In this document: one piece after another, positions 11,386 to 21,058 of the stretch
Layout of the letters: each line of letters begins with the position of its first letter
How positions within the stretch are numbered: position 1 is the first letter of the stretch
Origin: Felis catus
Lineage: Eukaryota
Assembly: GCF_018350175.1 (NCBI RefSeq)
Contig: NC_058368.1
Coordinates: forward strand, 120,530,001 to 120,594,000
Reading direction: 5' to 3'
DNA length: 64,000 nt
The notes under the pieces: model-generated
The model's input: only the letters and a program-made list of their open reading frames with translations
Told to the model about the DNA's origin: nothing
The model's database searches: none
Made by a program: the position numbers and the translations under genes

Positions 11386-13014
11386 TATCTGCAAAGACCT
11401 ATGGGCATGAGGAATAAGGACTTGGATACATCTTTTTTAGGGAACACAATTTTGGGGGAGAGCACAATTCAACCCACTACAAATGGTAGAGGCCACTCTA
11501 AGTTCTAACTACAAAGGTTGTCAGAGACTAAGCCCTAAATTAGCAGAAGTTATTCTTATTATTGCATGCCCATTTTGGTGGACATTTACTGGATAGGTTG
11601 GGTAGGGAGAAAAATGGAACTGAGACTCCAACACAGAAAAAAAGCAAAGCTTGCTGATGAATGTCGTCTTTTTAAAGACACCATAAATGGGCCCCTTGCT
11701 TGTGAATCCCCAGCCAGTGGCACACACCTTTTCCCAATTTCTGCTTTCTGCAGCCTGCTAAAAAATAAGCCACTAGTCCTGCCAAGAAAATAATGAAACA
11801 TTCCGGACTATTAGGCCTTAGCAGGGTTTAATCAAAGACTCAGTGATCTATACTGGCTCTGGAGGCCTCTTCAAAGATGAAATCCACAATGTAATGACCG
11901 TGACATGAACTACAACCAGGAAAGAGCAACATCTGCGAATGGCGGAAGACGTGCCTCTTTTCTGGTTAGTTACCCACTGCTCCACAAAGGTGTCTGTGAG
12001 TCAGGGGTGAATTCCAACCACAAATCCAAATGCAGGTAGCAGACGGTATGTTTTTAAATGTCTTTTTTACAAAACAACTTATTAATATGCAAATTTGTAT
12101 TCTATTTTTTTCCTTCTTCATTTTCTGAGTATGTCGCCAGGTCTGTGCATTTTCTAGTTCTCCTGCCTCGAGCCAGTTTTGCAGGAGAGAAAGCAAAGCA
12201 AAATGCACTTGTGTTCAATAGATCTTTCTAGTTTTGGTGAAAGGCCTTAGAACATTTTTGTTTAAATAATCGGTGCTCTAGAGAAGGTGGGAAAAAGAAA
12301 GCACTGCCCTTGCTGGGAAGTGGCAGTTGCATGGGGATGGATTGGTGAGCAAACATATGCACTCGGGGAGGGTGTTGCCTGGCATAGGAGCCCAGGCTCT
12401 GGTAAGCATCTCCATGTCCCTAGGGAAGCACAGAAATAAGGAAAATGTGAGTAAAGACATTGGGTACGTCTCAGCATTAACAAGAATAGGCAAATGGTCA
12501 GTGGCCCGAGGGGTCTTCCCAATGCTTTACTGATGCTAAAACACCTTCCCACCAGCGTAGGGAGGAGGAAAACTCAAAATGACTTAGGTCAAATTTTCTG
12601 CCAGCCCACTGGGATGAGGGTGCAGATTCAAATTTAAATGTTTTTGATATTTTTGCACATCTGAGTCTATGAACAAAGATTCATTACGTTTGCACTCTTG
12701 TTCATGTTTTTACAACAGGCTTTGGAAGTGTGCTATCAGGTATTATTGTTCCCCTTCAACGAATGTAAAAACTCAAGATCAGAGAAGACTCAACTAAGGT
12801 CACATAGCCAATATGTCACTAGGAGGGAAACAAATCCCTGCCATGGTGACTGCCCATGGTGGGAGGAGTATGGTAGGCATAGTCACTCTCTGAAAACCAG
12901 CGGACCCAGATTAGACCTGCACTGGGAAGATAATCCCACTTAGGGTATGGCTCTGAGAATTGGTGGATGTAGCCCTGGGAGCTGGAGGGCTACAGGGAAC
13001 TGAGTCTCTACTCT

Positions 13015-13224
13015 TTTTTTGTTCATGAATGTAATTTATTGTCAGATTGGCTTACATACAATACCCTGTGCTCATCCCAACAAGTTCCCTCCTCAGTGCT
13101 CATCACCCATTTTCCCCTCTCCCCAGCCCCTCCCATCCACCCCTCAGTTTTTTCTCTGTATTTAAGAGTCTCTTGTAGTTTGCCTCCCTCCCTCTCTGTT
13201 TGTAACTATTTTTTTCCCCTTCCC
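13015..13224 (-). mobile_element. Short felid L1 (L1_Fc-like) 3' end
   Basis: Antisense match to the L1 3' UTRs at 48770-48960 and 61700-61850. Confidence 0.88.
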
Positions 13225-14279
13225 TTAGAGACCAGCATGCTATATCACTCGGCCTGAGACCCAGCACAGAGTAGCAGTGTGAAAAGTGTCTGAGTATATA
13301 GGAAGATTTATTGACTAATTTTAGGAGATGTGCCAGAAGGAATGGGATCTATAGGATCTTTCTCTGGGAATGGAAGTGCTGGCAGGTGCCATTTTTCTTA
13401 CCCTCCTACAGCCTTGCTAGCCAGGTAATTGTGGGAACCAGTTCTGACACCTTCCATCTACCTCACCTATCACTGCCTGGTTCACCGAGGCATTTTCTAC
13501 AGATCTGCCCAGCTCAACCCACCTGCCCAAGCAGGTACCCCTCCATGACAACTCCTGCCACACCCTGTGGGCAGCCTCAGCCAGGACTGGCACCTCTCCA
13601 AGAAATGTTAAAGGGATTTCTTTAAGTGGGAAAGAAAAGACCATAACTCAAAGTAAAAGTTTTTGAAAGGAAAAAAATGCACTGGTAAAAGCAAATGTAC
13701 AATAAAGGTGGTAGATCAGTCATTTAAAAAGCTAGTATAAAGTTTAAAAGACAAAAGTAGTAAAATCAACTATACATATAAATTTTAGTCCAGGGATACA
13801 CGAAACAGAAAGATGTAAAATATAACATCATAAACATAAAACTCAGAGCGGGGAGTAAAACGTGTGCAAACTTAAGAGGCCATCAACCTAATATAGACTT
13901 TTATATACATGGGATATTATATTTGACTCTATAATAACCAAAATCCTACAATAAATAAAAATTAAAGAAAAAGGAATCCAAGCATAACACTAAAGAAAGT
14001 CATTAATCACAAGGGAAGACAGGAAGAGGAGAAAGAAAAACAAGAACTACATTGCAACCAGAAAAAAAAAATCAACAGAATGGCAATATATACCTATCAA
14101 TAATTACTATAAATGTAAATGGTCTTGAAGCTCCAATTGAAAGCCAAGGGTGAATGAATGGATTAAAAACAACAACAACAACACATACACACCTATATGG
14201 TGCCCACAAGGGACTCACTTCAGACCTAAAGACTATACAGGTAGGTAACAAGAACCGGACAAAATAGACCTTATTGTTC

Positions 14280-16165
14280 ACAAATATCTTTTTCCCATTC
14301 AGTAACTTGCATTTTTCTTTTGTAGATAGGATTCTTCATTGTCTAAAAGCATTTTGGGAGGTATAATACCCATACTTTAGTTTTAATTTTGTTTACTATG
14401 CTGTAGGATACATATCTAGGAAACTGTTGCTAAGGCTGATGTCAAAAAGGTTACTGCCTGTTTTCTTCTAGGTTTTTATGTCTAGTTTTCATGTCTCCCA
14501 TTTAGGTCTTTACCATTTTGAATTTATTTTTTGCATAGAGTGGTCTAATTTCATTCTTTTTTCTTTGTCCAATTTTCCCATCCCCGTTGATTAAAGAGAC
14601 TGTCTTTTCCCCATTGTATATTCTTCTCTCCTTTGTCGTATACTGCCATATAGGTTTGGATATATTTCTGGATATTATGATAAGAATTGACTGTATCTGT
14701 AGACTACTTTGAGTACTATGGACATTTTAATAAAATCATTCTTCCAATCCATAAGCATGAAATGTCTTTCCATTTTTTCTGTTATCTTCAATTATAAGTT
14801 TATTCCCAAGGAGGTTCTTCTTTCTGGTGCATTTAGTTTTCTTAATTTCTCTTTTTGCTGCTTTGTTATTAGTGTATAGAAATGCAACAGATTTCTGTGT
14901 ATTAATTTTGTATCCTGCAACTTTACTGAATTCATGTATTAATTTTAATAGATCTTTGGTGGAGCTTTTAGGATTTTTTATGTATGGTATCATCTGAAAA
15001 TAGTTTTACTTCTTTATTATCTGCAGCTAGAACTTCTAGTGCCATGTTGAATGAAAGTCCGGAGAGTGGAAATCCTTGTCTTCCTCCTGATGTCAGAGAA
15101 GGTTTTCAGGTTTTCTCCATTGAGTATGATATTAGCTGTGCATCTGTCATATATGGCCTTTATTGTGTTGAGGTATATGCCTTCTAAACTTTGCTCAGAG
15201 TTTTTATTATGAACTAATGTTGAATTCTGTGTAATGACTTTTTTGCATATATTGAAATAATCATGTGATTTTTATCCTTGATTTTGATTAGGGGGGTATC
15301 ATGTTGAGTGACTTGCCAATACTGAATTGTCCTTGCATCCACAGAATAAATTCCTCTTGATGGTGGTGAATGAATCTCTTGATGTTTTGTTGAATGTGGT
15401 TTGCTGCTATCTTGTTGAGGATTTTTGCATCTTTGTTCAGTTTTAGCATCAGGGTGATGCTGGTCTCATAGGATATATATGTAAGCTTTCCTTTCTTCTG
15501 TCTTTATGTAATAGTTTGAGGAGAATAGGTTTAATGCTTCTTTATGTTTGGTAGAATTCACCTGTGAATCCATCTGGTCCTGGACATTTCTTTGTTGGGA
15601 GTTTAGTGATTGAATTTTGTTACTAATAATTAATCTGTCCAGATTTTCTATTACTTTGTGACTCAGTTTTGGAAGGTTATATTGGTAGGAATTTATTTAT
15701 TTATTCTAGGTTATTGAGTTTGTTAGCATATAATTTGTCATAGCAGTCTTGTAATCCTATTTCTGTGGCATTTATTACTATTCTCGTCTTTCACTTCTCA
15801 TTTATTTGGGTTCTCTCACTTTTTTTCTTGATGAGTCTAACTAGAGGTTTATCAATTCAGTCTGTCTTTGCAAACCCCAGCTCTTGGTTTCATTAATCTT
15901 TTCTATTTTTTTAATCTCTATTTATTTCAGTTCTAATCATTATTATTTCTTTTCTTCTACTCAATTTGGGTTTTTTTCTAGTTTCTTTAGGGATATGGTT
16001 AAATTGTTTGAGATTTTTCTGGTTTTTTATTGGTCTTTATTTTCATAAACTTCCCTCTTAGAACTGCTTCGGCTGTGTCCCAAAGATTTTGGTCCATTTT
16101 GTTTCCATTTCTCCTTTGTCTTTTTATTTACTCTTTGATTTCGTCATTGACTTTTTGGTTGTTGA
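14280..16165 (-). mobile_element. Internal LINE-1 ORF2 fragment, antisense, inside the 12.9-22 kb L1
   Basis: Minus-strand RT peptide [44 protein letters not shown] (14736-14996). Confidence 0.88.
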
Positions 16166-17292
16166 GACAGAATAGACTTTAACAATAAAGGGATCTATCC
16201 AACAAGAGGGTATAACAATTTTAAGTATCTATGCACTCAACATGAGAACACCTATAAATAAAAAGCAAATATTAGCAGACATAAAGGGAGAAGTTGACAG
16301 TAATACAAAAATAGAAGCAGATTTTCACACTCCACTTACGTCAATGGATAAGTCATCCAGACAGAAAATTAATAAGGAAACAGTAGCTTTGAACTGCACC
16401 TTTGACCGGGTGGGCTTAAAAGATATACACAGAATATTCCATCCCAAACTGGCAGAATACACATACTTTTCAAGTGGACATGATACATTCTTCAATATAA
16501 ATCACATGTTAGGGCATAAAATAAGGAGCAATAAATTTAGGAATATAGAAATAATAGTAAGTATTATTTTCAACCAGGACAGTATGAAACTAAAATTCAA
16601 TCACAAAAAGGTGGGGGGAGCATGTGCAGTCCGAACAACATACTATGAAACAATAAATGGTTTCACAAATCAAAAAGGAAATAAAAATGCACCTGAAGAG
16701 ATATTAAAGTTGAAACACAATGGTTCAAAATCACTGTGAGGCAATAAAAGTAGTTCTAAGAGGAAAGTTGATAACAATATAATCCTACCTTAAGAAACAA
16801 AAAAAATCTCAAAGAAACCATCTAACCTTACACCTAAATGGACTAGAAAGAGAAAAAAGCCCAAAGTTGGCAGAATAAAAGAGCAGAAATAAATGAAATA
16901 GAGACCAAAAAAAACTATAGAAAAGATCAATAAAATCAAGAGCTAGGTCTTTGAAAAGATAAACAAAATTGAAAAATAATTGGCCAGACTTACCAAGAAA
17001 AAGAGAGAACTAAAATAATATATGAAACAAATGAAAAGTTAAAATTGACACCACAGAACTAGAAAGGATTATGAGACTACTATGAAAAATTATATGCCAA
17101 CCAATTGGACAACCTAGGAAACAAATGTTGAAATTTCTACAAATGTGCAACATTTTAAAACTAAATTAGAAAGAAGAAAGAAATGTGAATAGACCCATTA
17201 GAACTAATAAAACTGAATTGGTAATCAAAAAACTTCAAACAAACAGAAGTCAAGAAATAGGTGACATCACAGGTGAATTCTAGTAAACATTA

Positions 17293-17293
<1 letters not shown>

Positions 17294-17328
<35 letters not shown>
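17294..17328. repeat. (CAA)n microsatellite
   Basis: Direct reading. Confidence 0.95.
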
Positions 17329-17338
17329 ACATTAATTA

Positions 17339-17462
17339 GGCACCTGGGCGGCTCAGTCAGTTAGGTGTCTAACTTCAGCTCAGGTTATGATCTCATGGTT
17401 CATGAGTTTGAGCTCTCTGTTGGGCTCTGTGCGACAGTTCAGAGCCTGGAGCCTGCTTCAGA

Positions 17463-17505
<43 letters not shown>

Positions 17506-17575
17506 TGCCCCTCCCCCACTCACACTCCATCTCTCTCTCTCACAAATGAACAAGCATTTTTAAAAAATTAAAAAA
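17339..17575 (+). mobile_element. Can-SINE with internal (TG)n expansion (17466-17503)
   Basis: SINE head ggcacctgggcggctcagtcagtt; flanks aaacattaat/aaacactaat. Confidence 0.92.
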
Positions 17576-17643
17576 AAACACTAATACCGTTTCTTCTCAA
17601 ACTATTCCAAGAAGTAGAAGAGGAATAAATGCTGCTAAATTCA

Positions 17644-18566
17644 TGCACCAGGGGCATCTGCTCCAGTTGCAATTTTGCCTTCTGTACCTTGGTGCAGATC
17701 AACTTACTCTGGGGTCTCTCCATGTAAGGTAACTGCTGAGAAATTAATAGACTTACAAAATGAGTACCTGCAAGCAGATGAGGACAGTAAAAGATTTTTG
17801 GAACAAAGGTATGGCAAGAGGGTGATTCTGAAAGGCACTGGAAGAGATGGAAAGCAAGGAATGGCTAAAAAGAACTCAAAGAGCTGCCCATGTTGTGGGA
17901 CTCCCATAGAGAAATGAGATGGATGTAACAAGATGACATGGATTGGCTGTATGCAATATTTCTGTTGGATTTGCATGGGTTCTTCCCTAGAGAAAACCCT
18001 TATAAACATTTCACTGATCCTGTTTCCCTGTGTTTTAATCAGTTGTTCCATGCTGTGGATGTTAATGGAGATATTTGGGAAGATGAGATTGAAGACTATT
18101 TAACTCCTACTGCTCAAGATAAGGAAATGGAATGGTTTACCCAAATCTTGCATCAAGTACACAAAATAACTTTGCAGGATATTTAAAGTACCATTTTTTC
18201 ACTCATCCTCTGTAGAAGATGTGGAAGAACAAGGTTTATATTTCCATGTGGTACTACTGATCAAGGGACATGCACACATTTTTCAATGTAAAGTAGAGAA
18301 AATTATAAGCCAAAGGTTCAGAAAATGAAAATCAGAGAATAGTAACTACTACTACAGTGCTACACTGTGCCCAAAGCTCTGAATAGTTAAAAAGTAAATA
18401 TTTATTTTCTTCCCCAAGCTTTAGGTGAGGAGAGGAGTCAAGTCTGTAAGTAAACTTACAGACCTTTTTATCTGAAAGAATCCCTCTAAGACATTATGTG
18501 GGAGTCCCCTTGGTACTACTATTTATGACTGGGGTAGGTAGTAAGAAACCCTATTAAGATCACTGC
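17644..18566 (+). pseudogene. RNF14: Processed pseudogene fragment of RNF14 (ARA54; RBR E3 ligase): IBR end, RING2, C-terminus and part of 3' UTR
   Basis: Frame-shifted peptides GICSSCNFAFCTL / CR.TY.GVSPCKVTAEKLIDLQNEYLQADE..KRFLEQRYGKRVI / NSKSCPCCGTPIEK*DGCNKMT..GCMQYFCWICMG / NPYKHFTDP.S.CFN.LFHAVDVNGDIWEDEIED match RNF14; premature stop and frameshifts; intronless; 3' boundary set where L1 resumes. Confidence 0.93.
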
Positions 18567-19803
18567 AAAAATTAAAAAAAATCTACAGGCAAACTCTGAT
18601 GAACATAGGTGCAAAAATCCTCATCAAAATATTAGCAGATTGAATTTCAAAATATATTGTAAGATCATTGACTATGACCAGGTGGAATTTATTTCAGGGA
18701 TGCAAGGATGGTTCCATATCTGTAAATCAATCAATGTGATATACAACATTAACCAAGGATAAATTCATATGATTGTCTCAAAAGATGCAGAAAAAGCATT
18801 TCCCAAAATGCAACATCCATTTATGATAAAAAGTCAACAGAATAAATTTAGAGCGAACATACCTTAACATAATAAATGTCACATCTGACAAACCCAGTAA
18901 TATACTCGATGACAAAAACTGAAAGCTTTTCCTCTAAGATCCGGAAGAAGACAAGGATGTCCACTCTAAACACTTTTATTCAACATAGTACTGAAGTCTT
19001 ATCCATAGCAATCAGACAAAAAAAAAAAAAAAAAAAAAAAAAAAGACATCCAAATTGGTAAGAAGTAAAACTATCACTATTTTCAGATGACATGATACTT
19101 TATGTAGGAAACCCTAAAAGTCTTTAGGGCACCAAAAAACTATGAGAATAAAGAAAATTAGTAAAGTTACAGGATATAAAATCAATACAGAGATATCTAC
19201 TGCATTTCTATACACTAATAACAAAGGAGCAAAAAGAGGAATTAAGAAAACAAATCCATTTACAGCTGCACCAAAAAAAAAATAATAATAATTATCTACA
19301 AATACATTTAACCAAGGAGGTGTAAGAACTGTAAACTGAAAACTATGAGACATATATGAAAGAAATTGAAAATGACACAAACACATGGAAAGATGTACTC
19401 TTGGAAGAATTAGTATTGTTAAAATCTCCATTCCACCCAAAGCAACCCATAAATTCAGTGCAATCTCCATTAATATACCAACAGTATTTTTCAGAGTACT
19501 AGAACAAAAAATCCTAAAATTTGTATGGAAGCACAAAATACCACAAATAATGAAAACAATCCTGAGCTTAAAGAACAAAGCTGCAGATATGACAATCCTA
19601 GATTTCAAACTATACTATGAGGCTATAGTCATCAAAAGAGTATGGTACTGGCACAAAAACAGACACAGAGAGGAATACAACAAAATAAGGAACTTAGGAA
19701 AAAAATCCATGCCTGTAGGGTTAATCTACAACGGAGAAGGAAAGAATATACAATGGGAAAAGACAGTCCTTTCAATAAGTACTGAGGAACCTGGACCACT
19801 TTC

Positions 19804-20407
19804 CTTTTTTTTTTTTTAATTTTATTTTTTATTTTTTAAAATTTACATCCAAATTAGCATATAGTGCAACAATGATTTCAGGAGTAGATTCCTTAATGCC
19901 CCTTACTCAGTCCATCCCCCCTCCCACACCCTCTCCAGTAACCCCCTCCCCAAACCCTCATATTTATGAGTCTCTTCTGTTTTGTCCCCCTCCCTGTTTT
20001 TATATTATTTTTGTTTCCCTTCCCTTATCTTCATCTGTTTTGTCTCTTAAAGTCCTCATATGAGTGAAGTCATGTGATTTTTGTCTTTCTCTAATTTCAC
20101 CTAGCATAATACCCTCCAGTTCTATCCACTTAGTTGCAAATGGCAAGATTTCATTCTTTTTGATTGCCAAATAATACTCCATTGTATATTATGCCACATT
20201 TTCTGTATCCATTCATCCATCGATGGACATTTGGGCTCTTTTCATACTTTGGCTATTGTTGATAGTGCTGCTATAAACACATGAAAAAATGCTCAATATC
20301 ATTCATCATCAGGGAAATACAAATCACAACCACAATGAGGTACCATCTGACACCTGTCAGAATGGCTAACATTAACAACTCAGGCAAAAACAGATGTTGG
20401 CAAGGAT
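19804..20407 (-). mobile_element. 5'-truncated, 5'-inverted felid L1 insertion (twin priming)
   Basis: Poly-T plus antisense 3' end 19804-20278, then sense L1 segment 20279-20407; TSD ctggaccactttc 19791-19803/20408-20420. Confidence 0.9.
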
Positions 20408-20521
20408 CTGGACCACTTTCTTACACCATACACAAAAATAAACTCAAAATGGATTAAAGATCTATATGTGACTCCTGAAACCATAAAAGTCCTAAAACAA
20501 ATGTAGGCAGTAATCTCTTGG

Positions 20522-20599
20522 ACACCAGCCTTAGCAATATTTTTCTGGGTATATCTCCCTACACCAGCCTTAGCAATATTTTTCTGGGTATATCTCCCT
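20522..20599. repeat. Perfect 39-bp tandem duplication
   Basis: acaccagccttagcaatatttttctgggtatatctccct x2. Confidence 0.97.
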
Positions 20600-20825
20600 A
20601 CACAAGGGAAACAAAACCAAAAATAAACAATTGGGAGTACATCAAACTATACTGAAAAGCTCTCATGCAGTGAAGGAAATCATCAGTATGACAAAAAGGC
20701 AACTTACTGAATGGGAGATATATTTGCAAATGGTATATTCAATAATGAGTTAAAATCCAAAATATATAAAGAACACATACAACTCGACACCAAAAAAAAT
20801 AAAAAATTTGATTAAAAAATGAGCA

Positions 20826-21058
20826 GGGGCACCTGGGTCACTCAGTTGGTTAAGCATCCGACTCTGGCTCAGGTCATGATCTCATGATTCATGAGTTCAA
20901 GCCCCACATCAGGTTCTGTGCTGATAGCTCAGAGCCTTGAGTGTCCTTCAGATTCTGTGTCTCCCTCTGTCTCTGCCCCTCCCCTGCTCATGCTGTCTCT
21001 CCCTCCCTCCCTCTTTCTCTCCCTCCCTCCCCCCCCAAAAAAAAAAAACATTAAAAAA
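20826..21058 (+). mobile_element. Can-SINE
   Basis: SINE head and body; flanks aaaaaatgagcag/aaaaaatgagtag. Confidence 0.92.

Larger units (their letters stand above)
10337..11481 (-). mobile_element. MaLR MLT1-type solo LTR (outer), interrupted at 10720-11385
   Basis: Ends tatattagtttcctagggctgctgtaacaaa ... attcaacccactaca typical of MLT1 in antisense. Confidence 0.8.

Noticed and set aside
16242..16739. 165-aa endonuclease-like ORF
   Set aside because: A fragment of decayed L1 ORF2; the element is broken by stops and insertions
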